NCBI GenBank assembly: GCA_015272325.1
Contig: JACYLU010000028.1
Location: 259,294-299,293 of the forward strand
From: Synechococcales cyanobacterium C42_A2020_086
GTDB taxonomy: Bacteria > Cyanobacteriota > Cyanobacteriia > Elainellales > Elainellaceae
Reading direction: 5' to 3'
DNA: 40,000 bases
Both the position numbers and the translations under genes were made by a program. How positions within the stretch are numbered: the first letter of the stretch is position 1; the number at the start of each line of letters is the position of its first letter. A model generated the notes under the pieces. It ran no database searches and was not told the DNA's origin. It saw only the letters and a program-made list of their open reading frames with translations. This document shows positions 29,405-38,080 of the stretch, piece by piece.

Positions 29405-30499
29405 ATGGAGCTTGTGCTTCCTGCTGTACCAGTCCAGAGAGGTTCTGAAGGCGATCACATAAGCTATGTGGCTAGCTTTACATTCGGTGACATTACTCGG
29501 TTGTTGGATGATGGACGGTTGTATGTGCCAAACCAACCTGACCTGCCCGACTTCGCTCAGCGGAAACCAAATCCTGTTCGGATTAAGGCGATCGCCCAAT
29601 ACATCCTGGAAACCTACCAGGAAGGCACCACCTTTTTCCCTCCAATTTGTGTCAATGTACAGCCACCGCCGACCTACCGAAATGGCAATGTTTACTTGCC
29701 CTATCACTCTGTAACCCTACGGTTAACCGATGGGCAACACCGTTGTTTTGGAATTCGTCAGGCAATCAAGGATATTCAGGCTCAAGATTTGGTGAACCTG
29801 GGAATTCTTTCGCAACTGGAATTAGGCGCTCTGCTGTATGCTGGGCTGCCACTTGAACTAGAGCGCCAAGCATTCCGAGATCAGAATTTGCTGGCACAGA
29901 GACCCGGCACGTCGTTGTCCCATTTATTTGATAAGCGATCGCCCACCGTATTGATCGCCAAAAACCTGATGGACAGAATCCCTCAGTTTCGCAATAACGT
30001 AGAGACCATTGAGAATGGCTTAGGTAAACATAATCCCAAATTGCTGACCTTATCTACATTGGTGACAGCAACACAACATATGTACCCAGGCTTGCGCTCC
30101 CAAAAAGATTTAGAAGAGCGTACTAATTGGGCCACAGCATTCTGGTGTGCTGCTGCAAGGGGCTTTTCTGATGATCCTTGGATGTCTAGAACCGCCCAGG
30201 ATCGTAACCGCCAACGAGAGCAGTCGTTAGCGGTTAGTGCTGTGGTCTTTCAGGCATTGGGACTGTTGGCGCGAGATCTCTACCTGGAGGGAGTTCCAGG
30301 TGAAGATCTGGATAAATGGCTAGTGAGACTAGGAGAGATGGATTGGCGGCGGGAAAATAATTTCTGGTTAGAACGAGGAGTTACCCAGGTTGGGGCGCAG
30401 GGAACCCCTATTTTGTCCAACACCCGAACCACGGTTGATGCGTGCCATCGAGTTCTGCGGGAATTCGTTGGTATTATCCCCACTGCTTTAAGCGTTTAG
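29405..30499 (+). CDS. DGQHR-domain protein (DndB/DpdB family, ParB/Srx-like fold)
   Basis: The literal DGQHR motif is in context (VTLRLTDGQHRCFGIRQAI). The length (364 aa) and the upstream F.PPI.VN block are typical of DndB-like proteins. Confidence 0.8.
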   Translation: MELVLPAVPVQRGSEGDHISYVASFTFGDITRLLDDGRLYVPNQPDLPDFAQRKPNPVRIKAIAQYILETYQEGTTFFPPICVNVQPPPTYRNGNVYLPYHSVTLRLTDGQHRCFGIRQAIKDIQAQDLVNLGILSQLELGALLYAGLPLELERQAFRDQNLLAQRPGTSLSHLFDKRSPTVLIAKNLMDRIPQFRNNVETIENGLGKHNPKLLTLSTLVTATQHMYPGLRSQKDLEERTNWATAFWCAAARGFSDDPWMSRTAQDRNRQREQSLAVSAVVFQALGLLARDLYLEGVPGEDLDKWLVRLGEMDWRRENNFWLERGVTQVGAQGTPILSNTRTTVDACHRVLREFVGIIPTALSV

Positions 30500-31188
30500 A
30501 GAAAATAAACCCTTGGGGTTAACTCATATCTCGTCCAAGTACCTGAGTTTCGGATGGGTGCTTGCGATGGGGTTGCTGAATCAGAACGATGAAGCGTCAG
30601 CAGGAAATGGTTAATCAGGCAGAGACTGCGACAGGTTTCGACATCATCAAACACAATGGCAAACCGTTTGAGTTCTTCTACCAAGTTTTCGGCTGCCACA
30701 TTCAAAGGAGCAAGCGCCCGGGCGCATTGGGTCGAATCTTCTTCCGTGCTGGTGAACCGAGTCTGGAATGAGCGCACAAACTGCCGGATCAGTAATTCCA
30801 AAGCCTTGAGCGCTTTCTCTTTATCTTCGGGGCGGGAAAAATTGACCGATCGCTTGCTGAGCAACTGAGCAACGAGTTGTTCGATTGCCTTGTGCTTACT
30901 GGTTTGGTGTTTATTGCTCCAAAAGGTGAGCGCATCGCTCAGAGTTGGAATAGTCGGTAGGCGTAGGGTGAAGTAAAACTCAATAATGTTGCGAAGATAG
31001 CTACGCCAGATCTCCATCTGAACGTAGGGAGAAATGTAACGAGGGCGATCACCAAACTGAGTTTCAAAGTACTGCTGATAGGCTTGGGTTCCAAGCAGCA
31101 TCGGACGCACCACCGATGAATCAAGGAAATGGGCGCGATGATCGAAGACCGCCCTTTGGGCATTGCCCCCTGGCTCACTCATGACCAT
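30496..31188 (-). CDS. hypothetical protein, possible PIN-like N-terminal half
   Basis: 230 aa. HFLDSSVVRPML ... ISPYVQMEIWRSY loosely resembles the first Asp and Glu strands of PIN-like domains. It overlaps the upstream ORF by 14 nt and the DGQHR gene 3' end by 4 nt. Confidence 0.3.
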   Translation of the reverse strand: MVMSEPGGNAQRAVFDHRAHFLDSSVVRPMLLGTQAYQQYFETQFGDRPRYISPYVQMEIWRSYLRNIIEFYFTLRLPTIPTLSDALTFWSNKHQTSKHKAIEQLVAQLLSKRSVNFSRPEDKEKALKALELLIRQFVRSFQTRFTSTEEDSTQCARALAPLNVAAENLVEELKRFAIVFDDVETCRSLCLINHFLLTLHRSDSATPSQAPIRNSGTWTRYELTPRVYFL

Positions 31189-31678
31189 CTGGTTCCATAT
31201 CCGTGCTTACTGCCACTTCATAGGGCATTGTGTTAAACCCTAGCCGCCCTAATTCCTGAATGGCTTGGCTGACATCCTCCTGACTCAGGGGCGATCGTTT
31301 GAACAGAGCCTCAAAAAGTGTGTAGGCTCCCTGGTATTGTTCAGGGCTGTAGTCAATCCAACGGTTCTGGAATGTCATCGCATCATGGAGCACCATCAAA
31401 ACCTCTGTGAGTGGTTCATCAGGGGCTTGGTCAAAGAGATGCTGCATGGTTCGGAGCAGACTATCCGCATAAACAGCCGAAGGAGACCCGTCATGGAGCC
31501 ATTGCATGTGACGGAGATCGGGCAGAAGTTGCTCGGCAACTTGCCCCCACTGGATTCGCTGGGCTTCAGCTTCAGGCTTCAGCTTTTGCTGTAAAGCTTT
31601 GATGTAGGCCAGCACTTCCTCCTGGTTCTTAGAAGGCAGTTCACGCAGGTTGTCTAGAACGGCTTGTTCGATGTTCAT
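31175..31678 (-). CDS. hypothetical protein with a DUF2281-like N-terminus
   Basis: 167 aa. MNIEQAVLDNLRELPSKNQEEVLAYIKALQQK resembles the DUF2281-type N-terminal helix pair of some antitoxins. The rest is unassigned. Confidence 0.3.
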   Translation of the reverse strand: MNIEQAVLDNLRELPSKNQEEVLAYIKALQQKLKPEAEAQRIQWGQVAEQLLPDLRHMQWLHDGSPSAVYADSLLRTMQHLFDQAPDEPLTEVLMVLHDAMTFQNRWIDYSPEQYQGAYTLFEALFKRSPLSQEDVSQAIQELGRLGFNTMPYEVAVSTDMEPDGHE

Positions 31679-31720
31679 GGCGATAGCTCAGTGGTGCGAT
31701 CCTGCTCTCTGATCTTAATC

Positions 31721-32602
31721 TCAGCCTGCCACAGTTTGGGGAATGGGTGGTTCTACAACTTCCTGTAAGGCGTTTCGATGTCCAAACCGTTGGTAGTCGT
31801 AGCGAGCATCCCACCAGAGCCAGTTGGTTGAATCTGCCCAGACGTTATGCTTTTTAAGTACTTCAAGGCGAGTGAGAGCCAGTCCTCCCAGTACGAAGTC
31901 GGGACGGCTCCAAGTGAGGAGATCGTCGAGTTGCTCATTAGAAAGCCCAAATTTTAAGCCGGTTGGCATCGTGGGATCTGACTTGAGCAGACCACCAAGG
32001 GCAATGTATTGGTAGCCGATGTTGCGATATTCACTGATGAGCGATGATAAAAAGCTTCGAGGGGAGTTGTAGTGAGGAGGCAGTGCGTCTTTCTGAGGAA
32101 TGGGTTGACGATTTTGCCAGTTATAGAGAGCATCACCCACCTGCACCACTCCAATCAGCTTGAATTCTCTAGGTCTCTGAGAGTATTCCTGCCATGCCAG
32201 ACGTGCTAAATGTAAAGATAGTAAAGGTTCACCGACTATATCTGGTGCAAAGAGAAAACTGGGTGTAAATTCATCACAACGGTTAATAATTCCTCGGATT
32301 TTTTGAATTAGCTTATCCTTATTGGCTAATACTGGTTCCCTAAACCAACGATCATTCTCAAACTTGCAGTCAGGCTGTTTATACCAAGAACACTTGAACT
32401 GGTAATAGGAAGGTGCAACATACTCTTCAAATACACCGCTATCAAGGAAATAAGTTTTCCCCAAATCTTGAAGAATCTTTAAGAAATTGTCAGATTCGAG
32501 AGCAGTTGCCAGGATGCCATATTCACCGTTTAAGTTGTCTTGCAACTTTTTTAGTAAATTAAGGCGGTTGACAGCAAATACAGGTAGGAACGTGTTCTCC
32601 AT
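31721..32602 (-). CDS. short TGT-superfamily protein (second DpdA-like paralogue, no zinc motif)
   Basis: 293 aa. FLDSGVF parallels TGT DSGGF. YQYIALGGLLKSD parallels GYAIGGLSVGE. VWADSTNWLWW parallels the second catalytic Asp strand. No CxCxxC motif is present. Confidence 0.65.
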   Translation of the reverse strand: MENTFLPVFAVNRLNLLKKLQDNLNGEYGILATALESDNFLKILQDLGKTYFLDSGVFEEYVAPSYYQFKCSWYKQPDCKFENDRWFREPVLANKDKLIQKIRGIINRCDEFTPSFLFAPDIVGEPLLSLHLARLAWQEYSQRPREFKLIGVVQVGDALYNWQNRQPIPQKDALPPHYNSPRSFLSSLISEYRNIGYQYIALGGLLKSDPTMPTGLKFGLSNEQLDDLLTWSRPDFVLGGLALTRLEVLKKHNVWADSTNWLWWDARYDYQRFGHRNALQEVVEPPIPQTVAG

Positions 32603-32731
32603 GCCACCAGCACAGTTAAAAGGTTAAGCTTATAAAAATTTAACTCTTCTAAGAAACCGTTCCTTGATTTTGTAATCAAAATCACACGATTTCAAACCTC
32701 ATGATAATTGGGGATCCAAAAGCAAAGACAA
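32603..32731. promoter_or_regulatory. divergent control region with a perfect 8-bp inverted repeat
   Basis: TGATTTTG-TAAT-CAAAATCA lies at 32665-32684. An AT-rich TATAAA element lies nearby. The region sits between the short dpdA-like operon (-) and the PD-(D/E)xK gene (+). Confidence 0.35.
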
Positions 32732-33859
32732 ATGTCAGAATCCGTTGATAAATTACAAGAAGCAGAAGTCGTGTTCTGGCTTAAACAAGCCCTTAGAGAT
32801 AAAGATCTGAAAGGACGTCTGGTTAAAGACATTTTGGTTGATGCTGATCCAAGCTATTTACGCTCAAAGTTCCGACGGCATCTTGAGCCTACAGGAACAA
32901 TTTGGATTAGCGATAGACGACCGGATCTTGTTTGCAATCTGGTAGATAATAGCACAGAATTACTAGTCGCATTTGAAGTTAAAGCTCATTCCGATCATGA
33001 GAAAGGAATTGTGCAAGCAAGTCGTTATCGATATGGAGTGCATGAGTCATACCTTTGTATCCCCACGAATAGTGGTAAAACCCCAAAGTGGTTGCGGGAT
33101 GCTGCCGCAAAAAATGGAGTTGGATTAATTCGTGTTTCCAATAATGATTATGAGCTTGAAATAGAGCCTGAATATCCTCTTCCTGACCCTAAGATCCTGC
33201 TGATTACACAGCGTTATCTATTAGGAGAAAAAAGTGCTCGTTCTCTTTGTATGAATAGGCCATTGCACTATGCAGCAGCTTTAATCGCATTCACATATGA
33301 GGAAAGCCCTAAAGAAGCATTAATTAATCAATGGGGTATCAAAGGTTCATCAATTAAGCATTCAATCAGTGGTGCAGAAACACTTGGATTACTCATGGCT
33401 GATGGACAGGCAACTATCAAAGGCAGAGCTTATGCTGAAATATTGAAGCTCCTCGGCTTTGATTTTTCTCATTCAAGGTATCTCACGAAATCAAGGCGGC
33501 GTTTAGCCAAAGACGCACCAGGCTTTGCAGCAGTTTTGCGCTCTATCCTTTTGGATCATCCTGTTGTCGATCTTATTATTCATGTCTTAGCGGATGCTGG
33601 TGGTACTCCAATTTCAGCAGATAAATTAGCAGAGAAGGCTTCTCTTATAGATGAAGGCATGGCACGTGCAGCATTTGGTATGCCTCCAATTCTAGGAGAA
33701 ACATGGCAAATAAAAAGTTTTACACGCTTTAATCTTAAAGCGGCAATGTATGATGTTGGACTGCTCGATTCACCTCTTTCAGAACAAACAAATTATGATC
33801 CTAAAAATGATCTTTGGCAGCTAAGAACTATATGTGGCATACCAGATCTTTCGAGTTAA
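32732..33859 (+). CDS. PD-(D/E)xK nuclease-fold protein with a long uncharacterised C-terminal region
   Basis: RRPDLVCNLV...ELLVAFEVKAHSD...QASRY fits the D...(D/E)xK...Q restriction-endonuclease-like core. The ATG at 32732 is preferred to the TTG at 32708. The 3' end overlaps the convergent dpdA-like gene by 32 nt. Confidence 0.5.
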   Translation: MSESVDKLQEAEVVFWLKQALRDKDLKGRLVKDILVDADPSYLRSKFRRHLEPTGTIWISDRRPDLVCNLVDNSTELLVAFEVKAHSDHEKGIVQASRYRYGVHESYLCIPTNSGKTPKWLRDAAAKNGVGLIRVSNNDYELEIEPEYPLPDPKILLITQRYLLGEKSARSLCMNRPLHYAAALIAFTYEESPKEALINQWGIKGSSIKHSISGAETLGLLMADGQATIKGRAYAEILKLLGFDFSHSRYLTKSRRRLAKDAPGFAAVLRSILLDHPVVDLIIHVLADAGGTPISADKLAEKASLIDEGMARAAFGMPPILGETWQIKSFTRFNLKAAMYDVGLLDSPLSEQTNYDPKNDLWQLRTICGIPDLSS

Positions 33860-35921
33860 GTTGAGGTGCTGAAGTACAGCTTATTTGATATAAAAGCTCT
33901 TTGAATCGGTTGTAAAATGTGTAGGTATTGTGAAAACCACGCCTGCGATTTCGATCATTATTTCTAAATAGAACAACTTCAATCCCTATCTCTTTGCAAA
34001 CTGAGCAGCCACATGAATTCCACGGTTTTTCTTGTAGCAGTTCTCGGTAAGGATTTTCAAACTTTGCCTGGTATTTTGATAATGCTTCAGGGCTAGATTG
34101 CTCTTCCTGAGATTCTACTAGCATGCTGTAAGCTGCAACTGACTCTAAAACTGCTTCCAAAGCTAGTTTACCTAAATCAAATTGCCTTAGAGCATTCAAA
34201 GCCTCTTGTTCGTACCTCTTAAAAGTTTCCAAATCAACAGAGCTATTTTCAAGAGCACGCTTCACTTTCAACCCTCGCTCAGTTGGTGGCACTCTAATAG
34301 CCTTAAAAAATCTTCCTGAAGAAGTATGGTAGTTCTTTGTGTCAGATAACCATGCTTGCCTCAGTGGACTCGCCGAGTCAAAACTTGTGACTCCCAAATG
34401 CCGAAATACTGGAATTGCCTCAATTCGAGCAACCCCAAACAAATGCAACCGCACATGTGGTTTGAGATGAGGATAAATTGCCTTCAGGATTGGCACAATC
34501 TCCTTCGTTTGTGCACGAGCTAATCCACCTAGTGCCACATAGTCATATCCCATGCCAATTACTTCTTTCACGGCATTAGCATAGGACTCTGGGTTCCACC
34601 CTTGAGCCACACCCATTGGAGTAAACGTGTATCCTAATTCTCGATGCTTCTGGATAAAGTCTTCAGCATTTTTCAGTGTAATTTCATACCGTTTTTCCCG
34701 TTCGCCTGGTTGAGCAAAGGGACCTACAATCAGGTGGTCAATACTCACCCCATAGTTAAATCCCAAATTTTCGTAATACTCTAAAATTTCGTCAGTATTG
34801 TATGGAGGCACTTCTTCCTTGATGTAACCAAATGCTCCACAATCTCCCATGATTCGCCCTGGGAACCGGATGAACTCGTGGATTCCACCTGCTGCTTCCA
34901 CCCGTGCTCGTTTTGTTTTGCTCTCATCAACTACGACTTTAGAAACTAAAATTCCGTCGTAATTCGGCGAGGGATAAATCTCGTGTGCATAGATGTCATT
35001 GTAGGGATCTCGACCTGGCGTGAGAGTATCGGTGAGGAAGTCATAGTTTGGATCTACGCGATCGTCCCACTCTGGAATGTAATATTGCATTCCCAAGTGA
35101 ACATTAGGTGCTGGCGGGCAGGGAGGGATGGCTAAATAGTCCTCTGCTGGGGGCTTAATGACTTGTTTAGACGCCTTTTTAGCCGCAGAGACAGACACCC
35201 CCATTGACAACTCTAACTGGGTCTCCTGCTGGTCGATCAATTCTTGAAAGACGGTCGGCTCCTCATAAACCGCTTTTAATAATTCAGCGTCCTTACAGAC
35301 TGCCTCCGCAAATCGTTTGAACAGAAACCCCTTTAACCCAACCAATCCATAGCGATAACGTTTTGCATCAGCATTTGATAACGGCAATATAAACGTCTTC
35401 GCTGCTAAAGTCCTGATAAATCGAGTACTACTGTTAGATGCCAAAAATACTAACGTCTGATCAGGTCTGGTTTCGACAGGCAGTGTCAGCGATCGCAGAT
35501 AGTTCTCTCCCAGCAATAAGAAAATAAGGTCATAAGGGGCGATCGCTTTCTCAAATGCATCGTGCAATCCGAGCGATCGTGCCCAACCATCCACCTCATG
35601 CCCCTTCATGCCGTTGAAGGTGACCTCGTAGGGGACAATCAACCTGTCCTCTTCAATCAACCCATACCCCGCCGATAGGATACTGAGATCCACAGCATTT
35701 TGTCCCAATGCACCACGCCATTGCAGCACCCCTTCCATCAGTTGGAGATGCTGCATCCCGGTATACATCGCTCCAGCAGTGGTAGAGAAATCAGCTAATT
35801 CAGCTTCCCGTTTCTGTAGGCGATCGGCATTCTTAAAGTCTGCCAAGACCAGTTGATTCTCGGGTTTAGACTGCTTCTCCCCAGTGCAGGACGTAATAAC
35901 TAAGACACGGGGATAAGGCAT
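33828..35921 (-). CDS. dpdA: DpdA-like DNA/tRNA-guanine transglycosylase-family protein fused to an N-terminal ~250-aa domain
   Basis: 697 aa. The C-terminal ~400 aa carry the TGT motifs [22 protein letters not shown] and [15 protein letters not shown]. The TGT zinc motif CGCSVC (33996-34013) is followed by a His 22 residues later. The N-terminal [12 protein letters not shown]...ILSAGYGLI...VPYEVTF recalls DUF6884-type domains. Confidence 0.8.
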   Translation of the reverse strand: MPYPRVLVITSCTGEKQSKPENQLVLADFKNADRLQKREAELADFSTTAGAMYTGMQHLQLMEGVLQWRGALGQNAVDLSILSAGYGLIEEDRLIVPYEVTFNGMKGHEVDGWARSLGLHDAFEKAIAPYDLIFLLLGENYLRSLTLPVETRPDQTLVFLASNSSTRFIRTLAAKTFILPLSNADAKRYRYGLVGLKGFLFKRFAEAVCKDAELLKAVYEEPTVFQELIDQQETQLELSMGVSVSAAKKASKQVIKPPAEDYLAIPPCPPAPNVHLGMQYYIPEWDDRVDPNYDFLTDTLTPGRDPYNDIYAHEIYPSPNYDGILVSKVVVDESKTKRARVEAAGGIHEFIRFPGRIMGDCGAFGYIKEEVPPYNTDEILEYYENLGFNYGVSIDHLIVGPFAQPGEREKRYEITLKNAEDFIQKHRELGYTFTPMGVAQGWNPESYANAVKEVIGMGYDYVALGGLARAQTKEIVPILKAIYPHLKPHVRLHLFGVARIEAIPVFRHLGVTSFDSASPLRQAWLSDTKNYHTSSGRFFKAIRVPPTERGLKVKRALENSSVDLETFKRYEQEALNALRQFDLGKLALEAVLESVAAYSMLVESQEEQSSPEALSKYQAKFENPYRELLQEKPWNSCGCSVCKEIGIEVVLFRNNDRNRRRGFHNTYTFYNRFKELLYQISCTSAPQLNSKDLVCHI

Positions 35922-36622
35922 TCGGCTTCCTGCTCATACAACTCACGACCTACTAACGTTGCCAGATCAGGTCTACCCGCGTCAATTAAAGCCTGATCTC
36001 GAATCCGGCATGAGTCACACACTCCACAAGGTTCTGCTTGTCCTTGATAGCAAGACCACGTCAGTGCAACAGGCACTCCTAACCGCAAAGCCCGACACAC
36101 AATGTCCACCTTAGAATCCATCACCAAGGGCGCGACAAGCTTGGGAGCTTTACCTTCCAGTCCGGTTTTGGAGGAAAGGATGGCGAGGTGCTGAACAGCT
36201 TCCAAATACTCCGGTCGGCAGTCAGGATAGCCGGAGTAGTCCACTGCGTTGATTCCCAAATAAATTGCCTCGGCTCCTTTGGCTTCCGCTAGCGAGAGGG
36301 CGATCGCCAGAAACACCGTATTCCGCCCTGGTACATAAGTGACAGGTATGACTCCAGGTTGCACACCAGCGGTAGGCACTTCTACGGTTTGGTCAGTGAG
36401 GGCAGAACCGCCCCACTGCGCTAGGTTCACATCGACCACAAAGTGTTCCTTGATCCCCAAATGCTCAGCTACTCGTTTAGCGGCAACCAGTTCACGATCG
36501 TGCCGTTGACCGTAGTGGAGCGACAGGGCAATTAGTTCGTAGCCATCGGCGATCGCCTGAGCCGCAGAGGTTGCCGAATCCAGACCACCAGACAATAAAA
36601 CAACTGCTTTGGGGGTATTCAT
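35900..36622 (-). CDS. queC: 7-cyano-7-deazaguanine (preQ0) synthase
   Basis: [22 protein letters not shown] and the C-terminal [10 protein letters not shown] zinc motif. The stop lies 22 nt inside the dpdA-like gene. Confidence 0.93.
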   Translation of the reverse strand: MNTPKAVVLLSGGLDSATSAAQAIADGYELIALSLHYGQRHDRELVAAKRVAEHLGIKEHFVVDVNLAQWGGSALTDQTVEVPTAGVQPGVIPVTYVPGRNTVFLAIALSLAEAKGAEAIYLGINAVDYSGYPDCRPEYLEAVQHLAILSSKTGLEGKAPKLVAPLVMDSKVDIVCRALRLGVPVALTWSCYQGQAEPCGVCDSCRIRDQALIDAGRPDLATLVGRELYEQEAECLIPVS

Positions 36623-36633
36623 CAGTTCACTCC

Positions 36634-37320
36634 TTATCGAATGTTGGTGAATTTATGGGTTTGTAAGCTGATTCGCCACTCCGGGTGACTGAGAACATAC
36701 TCAAAGATGAGCGAGTAGCTATCAGGTGTACCCCATTCCGGTTGTAGAAGTTTGACCACATCGGTTGGAATTTGGGCAGCCTGATCCTCTGCCCATAACA
36801 GATCAGACGGGCTAGCAACCACAACCTTCAGTTCACTTACCTGTGGATCAATACTTTTGTGAGGCGGCTTGGATCGCTTAGGGGAGAAAGTAACCCAGTC
36901 GAAACTGCCACTGAAGGGATGTGCGCCAGAGGTCTCTAGATGGACTCGCAACCCTGCGGCTCTTAACCCATTGCTGAGGGAGGAGAGGTCATGCATCAGG
37001 GGTTCGCCACCTGTAATGACCACGATCGCCGAATTTGCCGCTTTCGCTTCTGCAATCAGGTCGGCAGTGAGGCGTTGGGGATGGCGGTGAGCATTCCAGG
37101 AATGTTTGGTGTCGCACCAGGGACAACCCACGTCACATCCTGCCAGTCGAATAAAAAAGGCATTTGTACCTGTCCAGGCTCCCTCGCCCTGAACCGAGTG
37201 GAAGGTTTCCACCACTGGCAGGACTGCCGAGGTTGCTTTAGAGGTTACGGTAGTGGGGCTCAGGCTTGTCATAAGATTCACAGTGTGTGCGAAGCACATA
37301 TCGCTCCTAGTCGTCCTCAT
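36634..37320 (-). CDS. queE: 7-carboxy-7-deazaguanine synthase (radical SAM)
   Basis: [15 protein letters not shown] and the radical-SAM cluster [10 protein letters not shown]. The start is uncertain. The ATG at 37320 overlaps the queD stop by 14 nt, and an alternative ATG lies at 37272. Confidence 0.9.
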   Translation of the reverse strand: MRTTRSDMCFAHTVNLMTSLSPTTVTSKATSAVLPVVETFHSVQGEGAWTGTNAFFIRLAGCDVGCPWCDTKHSWNAHRHPQRLTADLIAEAKAANSAIVVITGGEPLMHDLSSLSNGLRAAGLRVHLETSGAHPFSGSFDWVTFSPKRSKPPHKSIDPQVSELKVVVASPSDLLWAEDQAAQIPTDVVKLLQPEWGTPDSYSLIFEYVLSHPEWRISLQTHKFTNIR

Positions 37321-37696
37321 ACTCAGCCCAAGAATTGGGAGTTTCAGACACAGCGACCTTCAGCTTCACATCAGAGGGCAATTGCTTTTTCGTCTTGTTA
37401 TAGATATATTGAGCAATCATCTCGGCAGTGGTTTCGTAACCTTCGGGCAGAACTTCGTTTAGAACCGAATGGTCAAGCCCGCCTTTAAGCAGATCTTGCT
37501 TCGCCCAACGGAGCGTGCGGAAGTCAGCCACCATGACGGGGTGAGGACAGTACTCTGAGACATGAAGCTGGCTAGAGGTTGCCTCAATCCGCACTCGGTA
37601 GGTATGTCCATGCATCCGCCCACAGGGACCGTCATAGTCTCGGATGAAGTGGGCAGCATCAAAGGTGAACTCCGTAGAAAGTTTCCATTTGGGCAT
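37307..37696 (-). CDS. queD: 6-carboxy-5,6,7,8-tetrahydropterin synthase
   Basis: FTFDAAHFIRDYDGPCGRMHGHTYRV is the canonical QueD/PTPS Cys and His-x-His zinc site. The protein is 129 aa. Confidence 0.9.
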   Translation of the reverse strand: MPKWKLSTEFTFDAAHFIRDYDGPCGRMHGHTYRVRIEATSSQLHVSEYCPHPVMVADFRTLRWAKQDLLKGGLDHSVLNEVLPEGYETTAEMIAQYIYNKTKKQLPSDVKLKVAVSETPNSWAEYEDD

Positions 37697-38060
37697 TTGG
37701 ATCTACACCAAGTCATTTATAAACCGCTATCGATCGCCAGGGAGTTTTAGACTAAATCTGCTTATAGCGTTATTAAGACTTAAACTTATAGCATCACACA
37801 CCATTCCTGGAATCAGTATTAACAAAGATTCTCTGTGTAGCCGTTGAGCTTCCCCAGTAAAAGCTTTAGGGGATATCTGGGAGGTCAGACCGTTAGTGGC
37901 TAATCCAGTCCCCATAGTCGCGATCCAGATGCTCACACTTTTGGGATCTCTGTTCTTCTTGCTCGGTCGCGATTGAATCTTGTGCAGGTGTCTGTTTAAA
38001 AGCCCCTCCTTTTGGCAGAAAGAAAATTCCTATTCTTAGAGCGCAAATTAATCAAAAGTT

Positions 38061-38080
38061 TCCTCAAATTTCCTCAAATT
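38061..38080. repeat. 10-bp tandem duplication TCCTCAAATT x2 in the AT-rich spacer
   Basis: Read directly from the sequence. Further TTCCT-rich iterations follow at 38091-38110. Confidence 0.7.

Noticed and set aside
29378-29707. 109-aa minus-strand ORF overlapping the DGQHR gene start and the promoter region
   Set aside because: It is antisense to a well-supported gene, has no motif, and would remove the divergent promoter region.
29405-30499. DGQHR gene as evidence for a Dnd phosphorothioation system
   Set aside because: No dndA/C/D/E, sspBCD or PAPS-reductase-like genes are present. The neighbouring queCDE and TGT-like genes make the 7-deazaguanine (DpdB-like) interpretation much more likely.
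31685-31695. tRNA-like D-arm string AGCTCAGTGGT in the 42-nt gap after the short dpdA-like gene
   Set aside because: The surrounding sequence gives no matching D-stem 3' half, anticodon arm, T-loop (GTTCRA) or acceptor pairing. It is most likely a chance match or at best a tiny fragment.
37697-37800. Possible preQ1 riboswitch in the queD leader
   Set aside because: que operons are riboswitch-controlled in some bacteria. I could not fold the leader into the small preQ1-I/II hairpin-plus-A-rich-tail architecture or find its conserved core. An Rfam scan would settle it.
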